DNA of 64,000 bases from contig NC_083418.1 of NCBI RefSeq assembly GCF_020745735.1, forward strand, positions 62,141,776-62,205,775. Direction: 5' to 3'. Position 1 is the first letter of the stretch. Each line of letters starts with the position of its first letter. The position numbers and the translations under genes were made by a program. This DNA is from Hemiscyllium ocellatum (lineage: Eukaryota). Positions 1-13,829 of this stretch are shown in pieces. Under the pieces are notes generated by a model, which was not told the origin of the DNA, searched no databases, and saw nothing but the letters and a program-made list of their open reading frames with translations.

Positions 1-124
1 AGTTCTCAATCACATTCAACTCTGTTGTTATTAACTCTCTAAGTTAATGCTTTCTTCTATTTTATTGTAATGCATCATCCTTGAAACGTTGACATTAATG
101 ATTGGAAGGAGCTTGCTACTCAGT

Positions 125-597
125 GACTCAAACTGGAGAGGGTACAGAGAGATTCACCAGGATGTTGCCTGAGATGGAACAGTTGACCTACAAGGAGAGA
201 TTAGATGGGCTTGGATTGTTTCCTTTGGAGCAGACAAGGCTGAGGAGGGATGTGATTGAAGTGTATAAGATTGAGGGATATAGATAAGGTGAATAGGAAG
301 CAGCTGCTCCCCTTGGGCCTCAGTTATGAAGGGTGCAGCTTTATGATAAGGGTCAGGAGATTCAGAGGAGATTTGAGAAAAAACGTTTTCACTCAGAATG
401 GTGGGAATCTGGAATGTAATGCCTGGGAAGGTAGTGGAGGACAGAAACTTACAATCTTTAAAAAATATTTGGATGCGCACTTGAACATTAAGGGCATGGG
501 ACAAGTACAAGAAATTGAGATTACTGCATATTTTTAGTAGTGGTTATTGGTGCAGACTTGATGGGCTGAAGGGCATCTTCTGCACTCTGACCTGTCC
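125..597 (+). mobile_element. CR1 LINE 3' fragment
   Basis: RFTRMLPEMEQLTYKERLDGLGLFPLEQTRLRRD. Confidence 0.8.
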
Positions 598-1176
598 ATT
601 AAATGGCGTCAGGCTTTTGAGTCCAGACATCTTAATGAGACGGAGTGGTGATACAGAAGGAAAGAAAAGGAAACAAATCCAGCACTATAGATCCCACTAA
701 CATGTGGGACACGTTGTCCCATGGGCCTGATGTTCAAAAATGAGTCTGTTCAGTCACAGATGGATCTATGGTAGAAACTTGTGACCTGAGTTTTCACCAG
801 TCTCTAACTGTGTATCAATGAGCAATGATTATATGAAATACAGCATCCCACTTGCTGTCTAGATTTTACAATCTCCAGTCTTGTTTTAAGTAACGTGCAC
901 TTGGAGATCTATGTTTCTTTACTCAATTTCAGGCTTTAGCTTTTGATTTTAATTTGTAATTGTATTGCATATTTATCTCTTTGCAGTAAAATAGCAAGTA
1001 TCATTGACCGTTCCTTAACCCACATCTGACCTTCTGTATTTGCTGATTATTCTTCAATTTGTATTATTGAAAAATTTTGATCATTCTGTGCAAAAGTCTA
1101 CGTTGTCTCTGTTTGCCTGAGGATCACATTTCTGTCTGCTACATCTCCTTCGATGATTCTTTTACTTGATTTACAG

Positions 1177-1257
1177 TTAGTAAAGAAAGAGAATGTTCGA
1201 GGAGTGATAACCATGACTGAAGACTATGAAACCAAATTTTTTGTGAATACAACAAAG
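1177..1257 (+). CDS. PTPMT1: PTPMT1 internal coding exon (exon 2 by human structure; exon 1 is upstream of the window)
   Basis: tttacag|...AAG|gtaggt; 81 nt, LVKKENVRGVITMTEDYETKFFVNTTK, resembling human LVQDENVRGVITMNEEYETRFL. Confidence 0.9.
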
Positions 1258-2599
1258 GTAGGTAGAAAAGCAAAACTTAATGGGGAGGTATTCAATAGTT
1301 CATGTGCTACTTGGATTGAAGTGGAATAGATTCTTTTGGTGTAGGATCCCCTTGCAGAAAGGATTGAAAGCAGGTGAATAATACAAAATAACTTGGAGTT
1401 TTGAGATGAGACAGTAACCTTTTAATAGCATTATAATTTGTAATTACCATCAAATGTCACTAATCATTTTCATACTTCACTCCTACACTGTCATTTCATG
1501 TATCAGTAAGAATTGTCAGAACAACGTTGTATCAAATGAAAGAGAAGAATTGCACGTTATTGATTTTTTAAGCAATAATACCCCTTCAAGCTTTGCAGTT
1601 CAGCTGTTTCATGTGACCGGAGCCATGATTGCTGCTTTCTCTATTTTTTCTCCCCTGGAAATTCTGATGTCTGCTGGGCTACAGTTCCACTCTGGTGTCT
1701 GGTATTTTGTCTCAGTGAGTGTGCTACATATTTTATTCTAAACCATGTGTCTTGAAGGCTATTTCAATACAATGGATATCAGATACAAGCCAACCCTTTC
1801 CTTGCATGATACTCAAACTTTCACATTTTCTTCATGAGTCACTCTGTAGCATCATCCATCTGAATGTTGCTCTTTATCTATCTACCTTTCACTTGGGTAC
1901 TATGCATTGGTTTCATGTTATTATGATTTGAACTTCCTTAGCAGCTGCTTTGATGCTTTTTGTAACTTGCAAATTGACAAAAAGGAAAGTAATTACAAAA
2001 ACTATTTGCAGAATCTGAAAGCATATGGGTTTTGTGTTATTGAGTTTGTTATCAAAATCGGACTTTTACTGAGGGAGCTCATTAGTATTGTTACTCAGGA
2101 TGAAAATGTGTTGCAATTGTAAGTTTCCATTTGCATGCAGTCTCTCAATTGTAGTGTTATAAAGATTTCTATATTCATATGAGTCTCATATTTTGACAAA
2201 ATAGATGCAGAGAAACCCCAATAAAAGTATGGAATGTTTCTTTGCAATTGAATTTATTTTTCTTCACTTTTTCTAATTGCATTGAATTTACACCAATTAT
2301 TAACTAAATCAAGGAAGTGGAGAAAATATCAAGTGATGAGTCCTTTCAAGATTTATTCTCTCACGCTATCATTGGAAACCAGTTCTTTTCTAAATGTAGG
2401 TTGTCAGCCAGTGATGAGCATTATCATTCAGATTTTACCAGGTATGTTCATGTCTGTCTTTGGCAGTGCTGTTGCTTGGCTATGCTTTGTGACCAGAAGC
2501 CAAATTATTTGACACATTGATTCTATCCTGAGACTATACATAAGAAGTGACTTTTTTTATATTGAGAAATAAAACATTGTTTGTAGTATTGCATTCGAG

Positions 2600-3981
2600 A
2601 TGTAAGTTTGTTTGCTGAGCTGGAAGGTTCGTTATCAGACATTTCGTCACCATACTCGGAAACATCATCAGTGAGCCTCTGGTGAAGCACTGGTGTTCGT
2701 GACCTACTTTGTATTTGTTTGTTTCTTTGGGTTGATGTCATTTCCTGTTGTTTTTCAGAAATAAACCCTTTTTAGAGGGTCGTCAACGGGGTCTAAATCA
2801 AAATGTTGTTGAACGCATTCCAGTTGGAATGCAATACTTCTAGGCATTCTTGTGCATGTCTGTTTGGCATCTCCTAGCATGGATGTGTTGTCTCAGTTGA
2901 AATGCTATCCTTCCTCATCTAGTATGTAAGGATACTAGTGAGAGTGGGTCATGTCTTTTTGTGGCTAGTTGATGTTAGTGTACCCTGGTGGCTAGTTTTC
3001 TGCCTGTTTGTCCAATGTGGTGTATGTTACAGTTCTTGCAAGGTATTTTGTAAATGACGTTAGATTTGCTCGTCTCTATAGGGTCGTTCAAGTTCATTAG
3101 CTCTGCATAGTTCCCCTGTGCGGCAGTGTGTGGTGGCTGGTTGAAATAATGTTCTAATGCAGCTTTGTTTGTGGTGTTGAGATGACTGACTTGATTGGAT
3201 GAGAAGGAATCATCCCAACACCACCCACAAATGAAGCTGCATTAGAACATTATTTCAACAAGCCACCACACACTGCAGTTAGAGGAAAATCACTATACTG
3301 CATATTCAAAAAAGACACAGTCTGCCAATTTCTCAGTAACAAACTGAAACAAGCAGATAAAACACATCCAGAAACTTTAGCCAGTCTCCCCTACATCAAA
3401 GACATCTTGGAAATGACTGCCAGACTACTCAGACCTCTTGGTATCTTGGTAGCCTACACCCCAACACATTAAAATAGCAGCTAATGAACTTGAAGGACCC
3501 AATATGGACAACGACCAAAACCAATGTCACTTACAAAATACTGTGCAAGTATTGTAATGAACGCTATATTGGACAAACAGGCAGAAAACTAGCCACCAGG
3601 ATACATGAACACCAACTAGCCACAAAAAGACATGACCCACTGTCACAAGTATCCTTGCATACAGATGAAGAAGGACACCACTTCATCTGGGACAACACAT
3701 CCTAGGACAAGCCAAACAGAGCCATGCATGACAATCCCTAGAACCATGGCATTCCAACCGGAACTCAATCAACAGATACGTTGACTTGGATCCCATTTAC
3801 TACCTTTTTTGAAAGGGTTTATTCCTGGGGGAAAAAACAGGAAATGACATCACCTCAGGAAATTGTCACCAACCCAAGGAAACCTGAATACCTAAATAGA
3901 AAGCGGGTCACTGGTGTGTTACTTTGTATGGTGACAAACCGTCTGAAAATGAATTTTCCAGCTTGATGAACAAACTTACAT
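2600..3981 (+). mobile_element. Penelope-like element with 5' inversion in PTPMT1 intron 2
   Basis: GIY-YIG fragment YKILCKYCNERYIGQTGRKLATRIHEH at 3484-3705; 2600-~3200 is an inverted copy of ~3215-3981. Confidence 0.85.
2635..2675 (-). ncRNA. Minimal hammerhead ribozyme motif, partly decayed
   Basis: Minus strand reads UCA-CUGAUGA-U-GUUUCC-GAGUAU-GGUGAC-GAAA-UGUC-UGA; stem I is UCA/UGA. Confidence 0.55.
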
Positions 3982-4043
3982 ACAGTGTTACATTCCATTT
4001 GAATACTTTTTAAGTTAAATTGCTAATCAAAGTTGTGTTTCAG

Positions 4044-4235
4044 GAATGGGAATCCTTTGGCGTGGAACAGTTGCGTCTCAGCACAGTTGATATACTTGGA
4101 GTACCAAAATTAGAAGACCTGAGAAAAGGCGTTGATTTTCTTACTAAACATCGTAAAAATGGAACCAGTGTCTATGTACACTGTAAGGCTGGACGATCAC
4201 GCAGTGCCACTATGGTGGCAGCATATTTAATTAAT
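4044..4235 (+). CDS. PTPMT1: PTPMT1 exon carrying the phosphatase active site
   Basis: ttttcag|...AAT|gtatgt; 192 nt, EWESFGVEQLRLSTVD...VYVHCKAGRSRSATMVAAYLIN with intact CX5R motif. Confidence 0.95.
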
Positions 4236-4789
4236 GTATGTTGACCAAGTCTTTTTTTAGTGAAATAAACATAATAATTATAATGAGAGGTTGCTCTGTG
4301 TAAATGTTGAGTAGGCATTTGTTTTTGAAAATTTTTTTAAACTTCAAATTACACAATCATTTGTATTGTAGGATTATGTATCTGTGTAATTTTATACATA
4401 AAATACTGAATTTGAGTAACCTTTGCATAAGTTATAGAAAGGTAAGTTAATTTTTACCACAAGCCTTTACTGTCATAAAATCTTCATTCCAATTGCAAGA
4501 TGACAAGTGGAAATATACCTTCAAATTCAGCATCCTTCATTATTCTCTTCACTGCATCTTGCAAGAAGGGATTGTGATTTTGAAGGGGTAAGAAAGCAAT
4601 AGTAGTGGCCCCAGCCGTCTTTCAGTAATAAACCAATAAAATTTATTAAAAACTGTATGTGGGACCCTGTTGTTCAGTGCCAAAACAGATGCTGGAACTG
4701 TGAAGTGAAAACATAAGATTGAAAATAATTAGCGGGTCCAGTGGTATCTGTGAAGAGAGAAATAGAATTACTGTTTCAGATCATAATGG

Positions 4790-5325
4790 AGCTGTATGTA
4801 ACACTAAGCCACAGCTGGAGTAATGTCTACAGTTTTTGTCTTAACTCGATGGGAAAGATGTGATTGTATTTAAGGGAGCAAGGAATGTTGCTTGGGCTGG
4901 AGTGATTTCAACTGTGATAGTTTGAGAGACTAGGTTTATTTTCCTTAGAACAGAGGCCTGAGGGGGTATTTGATTTTAGGTATAAACTGTCTAAGGGATA
5001 ACTACAGTGTAGATAGGGAGAAACCTTTCCACTGGAAGATTGGTCAATTAGCAGCGAACATAGTTTTAAAGTAAGTTGTTGGAGGTTTAGAGAGGGTGTG
5101 AGGAAAAATCTACTCTAGAGGGCTGTAGGCATTTGGAACTCACTGCCTAAAAAGGTAGTAGAGACTGAAACCTTTTGAAACTTGAAGAACTTTTTGAACA
5201 TTTGAAACATTAGGATGAGAACCAAGTGCTGGAAAATGGGATTAGAACAAATGGATGTTTGAAAGACCAGCACGAGCATGATGGACTGAAGAGCCTCATT
5301 CCATGCTGTAAAAATTCTGACTCTT
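4790..5325 (+). mobile_element. CR1 LINE 3' fragment, decayed
   Basis: Recognisable CR1 C-terminal and 3' UTR sequence. Confidence 0.6.
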
Positions 5326-6649
5326 TCATCAGAATGTTAAGTCATTGTCTCTTCACAGATGCTGCCTGACCTCTTGTATATTTCAAGCATTTACTGTGAT
5401 TAATATACTTTTGAATAAAAATTCAGTAACAGATACTATATAATAAGTACTCTTTGATATATGTAATATTGAGAAATTCAATCATCCAATCCTGATTTAA
5501 ATAACTTTAGATAAAGGCAGAATGTGGAATGTGTGAACCTATAAAATGGAGCAACTTATTTGTTCCTTCCTAAATTATCTGAAATTGTTTCCCAAAACTG
5601 CATATTTCACAATGGAGGGAAAAGATTGTTTCAGATTTTTGTTGTCAAATATTCTTTTAAAATTGGAAGATAAACTATATTAACATGTATGTGTTATATA
5701 TAACTGGTTTACAGTAAATGTTATGTTAAGTTTACTGTGAGTTTAAAAGAACATTTATGGATTGATTTTTACCCTACTCCTCCTTCCCTTTTTTTTTATT
5801 CAGTGTTTTTGTGGTAATCTCATAGTAATTTCATTTGCTTCCCTGATTTTAACTTATCTGCCTGCTGCTACTCAGCTGCCAATCCTCCTCCCATTCCAAC
5901 AATCCAACTTGATCTGAATATTAACCTTGATCTTGCCTCCCTGTGTGCAACCCTGATGATTAACTATATTTTAAAAAAAATCTTTTGCAATGTTAAAAGT
6001 CCCAATTAACTAATCTACTCTTATCCTGAGACTGTTACAACAAGAAATATTTAGATTTCTATACTGTCTTCAGCCATGTTTCCATTATGGATATAACTGA
6101 GCACTTTCAGATTCACATCATTTTATTTTTGATATCTTGTGGTTTCTTATGTGGCTGATTTTACCAACTATCTTTGTATTTCATTTGCTGTCTTTTATTA
6201 ACCCCATATTTGCATTGAAGTATATCTGTTGAACTCAATGCCTATGCCTTTTTAATATGAAAACATCTGTTTTTCAATCTCTCGCTCTTGAAATTTCAAT
6301 GCTTCCCAATTGATTTTTCTCTACAGCTGCTGCTTGTCGAAAAGTCGGTCCTTCAACTCAAAATAGGTTTCAGTACAGTTTTAAAATTGTCCTGTGCTGT
6401 CTAATCTTCCTCTGAATGCTGACATAGCAAAATCTAGTTAATTGAACGTCCTAAATTCTTCTGATGGGAACAGCATGTCTTGTTTGTTCATACTACTGCT
6501 CATTGTTTGCTGATAATTAATTTGTTTTATTGTCTTTAGTTGTGTGATTGAATCAATTGAGCTATAAAATATTGCAAGTTACTTTATGCATATATAATCG
6601 TGTTCTGAATCAAATATCTGAACAGTTTACCTCTAAATCTTTTCTTCAG

Positions 6650-6817
6650 CTGCATCACTGGACTCCAAAGAAAGCCTGTGATTATATTGCTTCAATCAGA
6701 CCTCATATTATAATTCGTAGTGGACAGTTTAAAATTTTGAAGAGCTATTATGATGATCTGTTCCCAGGAGAACCAGACATACTGTTCGAAGCAAAACGCT
6801 CTGCAGCTTTCAAGTAG
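6650..6817 (+). CDS. PTPMT1: PTPMT1 last coding exon
   Basis: ttttcttcag acceptor; LHHWTPKKACDYIASIRPHIIIR...AAFK then TAG; phase 0 matches the previous exon. Confidence 0.9.
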   Translation: MHHWTPKKACDYIASIRPHIIIRSGQFKILKSYYDDLFPGEPDILFEAKRSAAFK

Positions 6818-8402
6818 TGCAGCACAACATTTGTGGACATTGAAATGCTAATATCCTCAAGTGACTGAAAGGTTTAAAAGCGAGAATGATAACTGGCAAG
6901 AATATGGTTAAAGTGGCCACTTTCTGTGATCAGCAGACACCAGTTGGTTTGTTTTTGTTTGTGTAGCATGAAAGGCAATGTTGTACAGTTGTACTAATGT
7001 AAATATCAATCAGCTTTGAATTTTTGTTTATAAATAGCAAATATCTCAACAATGTCAAAGTAACTTATAGACCAAGCAGGATAGTTCTTTGAAGAAAAAT
7101 TCAGACACCCTGGAAACTTGATGCTCTTACATTTAAATTTCATTGGAAATTAATTAACAACAATTTATTGAGCTAGGTGTCAATTGTACATTTAAATGCT
7201 GTATTGCAGTGTTTAAGGAGATAGCTTGGGTTAGTAAAGAATCTTTTGTTTTTCTTTTTTTAAAAAAAAATTGTTGTATGGAACTAACTTGCCATCTGTC
7301 CATTGGAAAAGAACAGTAAAATAACAGCATTTGTCATTAATGAGGTTTAAGTGTTGGCTGAGCTTTGTTAACACCATAATTCCATGTTCTCAGCAAGGAG
7401 CTTTGTCTTGCAAAAAGCTTTGACCTGATCCTGCTAAAGGTATGAGATTGAAGTATTACTCTGGAAAAAGTACCCATAAGCAAAATCTAGTTATGACCTG
7501 TACTATGTAAAAATGTATTTCACTGAGATGCAATTAAAATCCTTTTATGTTTTGTACATTTCATTCAATTCAGTGAAATTAGCTATTTCTTATCTTGTAC
7601 ATTTAGGGAACACTAATTTTGATTTTTCTTGTTACCTGCCACAGTCCAAATGGGAGAATGCTTTGTAATGTTTGAATTACTTTGAGTAATAACATAAATT
7701 AATTATTTTCCATCAAGGAGAAGTTAATCCAAATGTGTCAATGATCACATGGCATTAAACTGATCAGATATTCTGAAACTCTATCCCAGTTGACAATTTT
7801 GGATCAATAGCCACTTAACTAGGTAGACTCTTAAATTTAGCACTGAAGTTATCGGTTGGGTAAAGTTGTGGTGGCCTATAGAGAAATGGGAAATCCTGTA
7901 CTCTGACAAGTGATGTCTTCAATACTTTAGTAGTCTTCTAGCAATACCATGTTTTTTTTTAATCTATCACCTCCATGCCACAGTTGGGCTAGTTTTGTGC
8001 CTTGAATCACATTCCAATTACAATTTACAGAAAGCCCTTGTAGACAACATAGGGGAATCTTTCATTGCATCAGTCTGAATTGTGTTTATACCTAAAAGCT
8101 TTAGATGTTAGTGTTTTAAAAATTCAAATGTATTACTTTAATACATGGAATTGTGAAGTACCCAATTTGTCAGATTACACAAATGTTATGGTCATGTTAA
8201 GAATCTAATTGACAATAATACAAATGAAATGTTGTGATGCCAAAATGAAACTAGTTCATAATGAGAATCCCAAACATATATTAGCTGTACATGCCATTTT
8301 CAAAATTTGGTAATATCATATAGTAAATGTTTTAATGAATATGTAAACAAGATGCACCTGAAACAAAAAAGTAAACAAGCTGCACATATAGCATCTTGCA
8401 GC

Positions 8403-8750
8403 ATAATCACAGAGTCATACAGTGTTGAAACAGGCCCTTTGGCTCATCATATCTATGCTGACCAATAAACACCAATCTACACTGATCCCACTTATCTACA
8501 CTTGGTCCATGGTCTATTATGTCCTGGCATTTTATGTGCTGTTCCAGATGCTTGGCAGATGTGGCAACTGTACCACTCTTACGCAGCATATTCCATATTT
8601 TTACCACCCTGTTGGTGAAACACTTTTTTTTCATAGATCTCCTTTAAATCTCTTTCTCCTCCTCTTAAACTTGTGTTGTCTGGTCTTAGATGTGCCTGCG
8701 ATCTGTCCTCTGTGTGCCTCTCATGATTTTGTATTACTTGTACCTCATCA
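8403..8750 (-). mobile_element. CR1 LINE 3' fragment
   Basis: FTNRVVKIWN motif; CR1 3' end shared with the SINE tail. Confidence 0.75.
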
Positions 8751-9534
8751 ACTAAATTATTTGCGAATAGAGGTATAACAATTTAAAATAATCAAGGAGA
8801 TTTGACAAGTTTCTTTAAGCAGTATGGAATTAATCAAAGTAGACATCATTACATGTTTTAACAAAACATTTGAAGCAGATACAGATGGCCACAGGGAAGT
8901 GGAATTCATTTTTGAAGGTTTTTGCAATGATTTCCTGCGCTATGTATAGTGCTACATTCACAAAAACTTCATTGGAACACCTGAATAAACTTATCCAGAT
9001 TTTAAAAAAAATTAGACCTGATGACAGTGGGATAATGAATGCTTAATCTTTTTGAATGTAATTAGTTGAGGGATGAATGTTCAGCAGAAGTCTTTTGGGG
9101 GAAAAAAAGTTGTTTTTCACAAAGCTTTAAACCAACATGTAGAAGTGAGGGACCTGTTAATGTTGGCTAATTGGCAGTTCACAGTAGTGTTAATAGTACA
9201 GGTTTCAATTGAGTTTTCAGCTGAGGTAGACCTGCCTCTTCATGCTGCAATTGAAAAGCATTACTGTCAAAAACTGCCAAGAAAATTGTTCAACATGAAA
9301 TATCAACAGGCAGTAAATCAAGGATCTGCCTTCAGGCAGAGCATTTACAAATTAGGCAATATGTAGGTGACAATACAGCAGAACTAGTTCCAAAAATAGT
9401 GAATATTTCCTTCATGTAAAATACAATATATTTCTAAATATGTTACTTATCTTGGAACTGAAGGAGCCATTCAAATCAAAACAGTAACCCTCTTTTTCCG
9501 TAGGCTCCTCGAGCCTGAAAATTTTAGCAATGTG

Positions 9535-10445
9535 TGCGAAAGCAAGTGGAGGTGTAGTGGACAGTGAAGAAGGTGACCTCAGAGTACAATGCGATCTTGA
9601 TCAAATGGGCCAATAGGCTGAGGAGTGGCAGATGGAGTTTAATATAGTTAAATGTGAGATGCCGCATTTTGGAAATCAAATCAGGGCAGGGCTTATACAC
9701 TTAATTGTAAAGTCTGAGAATGTTGCTGAACAAAGAGACCTTGGAGTGCAGGTTCATAGTTCCTTGAAAGTGGAGTCACAGATTTGATAGGATAGTGAAG
9801 AAGGCATTTGGTATGCTTTTCTTTATTGATCAGAATATTGAGTATAGGAGTTGGGAGGTCATGTTGCAGCTGTACAGGATGTTGGTTAGGCCATGTTTGG
9901 AATATCGCGTGCAATTCTGGTCTTCCTATCAGAAGGATGTTGTGAAACTTGAAAGGGTTCAGAAATGACTTACTTGGATGTTGCCAGGGTTGGAGGATTT
10001 GAGAAGCTGTACAGACTGGAGCTGTTTTACCTGGACCGTTAGAAGCTGAGCAGTAACTTTATAGATGTTTATAAAATCATGAGGGGCATGGATAGGATAA
10101 ATAGACAAAGTCTTTTCCCTGGGTTGAGAGAGTCCAGAACTAGATGGCATAGGTTTTGGGTGAGAGGGGAAAGATATAAAAGGGACCTAACGGGCAACTT
10201 TTTCACACAAAGGTAGTGTGTGTATGGAATGAGTTGCCAGAAGAAGTAGTGGAGGCTGGTACAATTGCAGCATTTAAAGGCATCTGGATGGGTAAATGAA
10301 TAGCAAGAATTTAGAAGGATATGGGTTTAGAGGGATATGGACCAAGTGCTGGCAGATTGGACTAGATTAGGTTGTTATATCTGGTCAGCATGGACAAGTT
10401 GGACTAAGGGTCTGTTTCCATGCTGTACATCTCTATGACTCTATA
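9535..10445 (+). mobile_element. CR1 LINE 3' fragment
   Basis: Decayed RT C-terminus ending in a CTCTATGACTCTAT tail. Confidence 0.85.
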
Positions 10446-12999
10446 ATTACACTTTTGACCTTATTGATAGAGGGAAGATAATTAAAGAACTGAAGATGGT
10501 TGGACTGTCCTGATAAGTTACAGCAGTGATGTTCTGGGACAGAGATAATTGACATCAAACAACCATAACCATTTTTTAATTTCAGCTAGGTACAACTCCA
10601 ACTATTAAAGAAATTTTCTTCTGATTCCTATTAACTCATACTCAGACCCTTTGATGTCAAGGACAATCACTCTTCCTCTGGAATTCAGCGTTTTTTCCAA
10701 GTTTGAACAAAGGTCGCATTAAAGTTGTCTGAACGTAATCCAATTTGAACATCAATGAACAATTATTGATGCTGTTACTGCTCTTTTGACAGCCCTACTG
10801 AACCATTGACAACACTTTCCACGGCGTGCTGATAATCAAGAGTAGATTGATGGTGTAATAATTTATGGATTCAGCTTACTTTTTGTGAATAGGGTGAACC
10901 TGGAAAGTTATGCATTATTTGGCAGGTGGATTCCAATCTTGTAGCAGTACTGGAAGAGCTTTATTGTAGGTCCTGCCAGTTTAGGTTGGATGCTGAACTT
11001 GGCTTGATGTTCTGCACTTTTCATTGAACTGAGGTTGATCTTCTAGCTTGATGGAAATGGTAGATTGGGTAATATTCTGAACCATGAGGTTACAGGTAAT
11101 GGTTGAATACAATTCTGCTGGTGTTGATAGTCTAAGGCACCTTATGAATATTAAGTTTTGAATGAAAGATCTGTTCTGAATCTATCCATTTAGCATGGCA
11201 GTAATACCACACTATCGAGTCTGAAGATTGCTAGATAAAGATGCATTGTCAAAGCTTTTCATCTTGCACACGTCAGAACAATTCTCAAAAACAATTAATA
11301 TACAGGAAAACAATACTTATACTGCATGAGAGGAGAGTGCTGAATTTCACTTGCCAACTAATGTAATGTAGCTAAAGACCAGCAGATTGTATCAGACAAC
11401 ATTGTTTCAGCTGTTCACAACAAGCAAGAAACTTCATCGAAACAGCCTGCACTTGCAAAACTGACAAAACATTGATCAGTATAGATGTATTTCTATGCTT
11501 GAACAACATTTGCTAAATTATCCAAAATCCGCAAAGAATTACACTGACAGCAAATTACCAGTCAGGTTCACGATGTGGCATATTTGAAGTTATGTGTATT
11601 AATTCACAGGGCCATATTATTAAACATGCAGAAAGAATACAAAGTAACAATTTTGACTCAATAAAGTAGATGACAGCTATTCTCCAATTCATTTTGTAGA
11701 GAATTGCCTTACAAAGTTAACCTGTCCAGTTTTAAATTTAAACAGTTTGGAGGTTAACTGTCAATTCTCATTAAATAATACATTCTCTGTGATAATATCT
11801 CTACCAACCAGAAACCACTTGCCACTAATCAAACTCTCATACAGTATTATTAAATGTTTTCTTTTAAATTAGTATTTCTTGAAAATTGGCATGAAGTGCA
11901 AAGTGAAAATCTCTCACAATTTTTTTTTAAAAGCAACATTTAAGTACTGTACTACTCAGCAACAGACAGACTTTGATCATTTTTCATAGATTAACTGGAC
12001 TTGAGGGGAGGTTTTTTTTAAAAAAGGAGTTACATTGTATTTTCCACTGCCTCATGAAATCCGAAGGTATTTTACAAGCATTGGTGTAATTTGGAGTGTT
12101 GTCACTGTTGCAGGAATTCAGCAGCCAATTTGTAAAGAAGTTCTCAGAAACAACAATAACCTAATAATCTGTTTCTGTGATGTTGATTGTTGGGCTCACT
12201 GCCCTGCTTATCAAAATTATGGTGATATTGAGTTGATTAGTTTAGCATCTCTATGTCCATCCAAATTGTTTTAGCGACTTGTCACCTTCGTCTTCCTGTC
12301 TGCTCCTGTTGGTCAGAGGGTAGCTGGGTTACCTGCCTTTAGGTCTGCTCAGCAGGTCAAGTGTGATGCAGTCCTCATTTTTTTTTCCCCTTTTTGAGGA
12401 GTCCTTGTTAAATGGAAATTATGGTTTGGATTTAGCATCGCCCAAAGGCAGGTTTGAAGGGAGGGGTGGAGAGCACATTTGATCAGGTGGAAAATCTGCC
12501 CAGCTTCTGCATGCCAGTGGGCTAATTGAAACCCTCAAATAAACATTTATATCCATTTGAAGGCTTCATTTGTTTGAAAGGCCTATGCCAAACACCTAGG
12601 CAAAATTTCTTACTTGGTCCCTCCTTATCAGGCTTTTGAGTCAGAGGACCCAAGATTTTGCCATCCCCCCTAGCTGTCTACCCATATTGACCTCCCCTAG
12701 CCTTAGCTAGGGACTGACAACATGGCCTTGCTAAGATCCCAAACACTCCCATTTCAGTTCAGTGCTGCATCCCTCCTCCAATTCCCCGAGTACTGAATAT
12801 CTTGCCTCTAGCCAAATCAGAGCAACTGTTCTTCTGCTGGGTGGACCCCAACATTCTGAATTTTCAGTTGAAGGTTGGGGATTACGTTGCCTGTTGAATT
12901 CAATACTTGGAGTGTGGATCTTCCAGACGCAGATCAGAGATGATTATTCAGTGCTATAATGTACTCATACAGCACTCCACTCCTCCACAGTGTGACATA

Positions 13000-13213
13000 C
13001 AGATGGTTCTGTTATAACACGGTAGTTCTATCTTGTGCAACCCAGTGTTAAGAAAATCGTATCATAGCAGCACCATTTAAATAATGGGGCCAGAATCACG
13101 TTATAACCAATACACACTTAAAAGTTGATGCTTTAGAAACAGTATGCCCAACTTCTCAATCGTGTTACAGCAAATTCACATTATTGAAATGTGTGCTACA
13201 GCAGAATGACCTG
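13000..13213. mobile_element. Tc1/mariner-pogo type MITE
   Basis: TA on both sides; imperfect TIRs CAGATGGTTCTGTTATAACAC / CAGGTCATTCTGCTGTAGCAC (15 of 21 match). Confidence 0.6.
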
Positions 13214-13291
13214 TACTTTAACAGAATATTGTCGACTATTCCTCTGTATACCATATAAAATAAAACAGCGAGCCTATTAACAAAGAGCAAG

Positions 13292-13297
13292 TTTATT
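13292..13297 (-). promoter_or_regulatory. Possible KBTBD4 polyadenylation signal
   Basis: TTTATT on plus (AATAAA on minus) about 530 nt past the stop. Confidence 0.4.
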
Positions 13298-13829
13298 TCA
13301 CATATGTAAGGACAGAGAGAAAACCTTCCCTGATCAGATTTAAAACATCAATATACATTTGTTAAAGCACCTACTGCAGAACTACATTATTTCTTTTATA
13401 AAAGTAACTGATAGCATAATTTTAAGATAAAAGTAATGTTGAAAATAATGTTGCCTGTTTGCTTTACTGAAAAATATTTTGGACATAACATTTATGTAGA
13501 ATTATGAAGCTTCTCTTTTACCTTTACATTATTGTTTTAATTTCAAATGGGACCAATAAAGTTTGTGAGGCAATACATGTTAAAAATCAAATTTTGTTCT
13601 CAACTGCAGTACTTTGAAACAATGTACTTTGTGGCCAATGTACTAAAGAGCTAAAAGCTGCAGTTAAATCTCCTGTTAAATGCAACAAATATCTGATTAC
13701 TGTCAGCTATGGGGAAAAAACAATGTCCAATCGTGGATTGATACTGAATTAAATTGTAACACCGAACCTTGACAAACCTTCACAATGCAAAACAGTCCTG
13801 CAAGGGTGAATTGCAGTTTTGACTTGAAA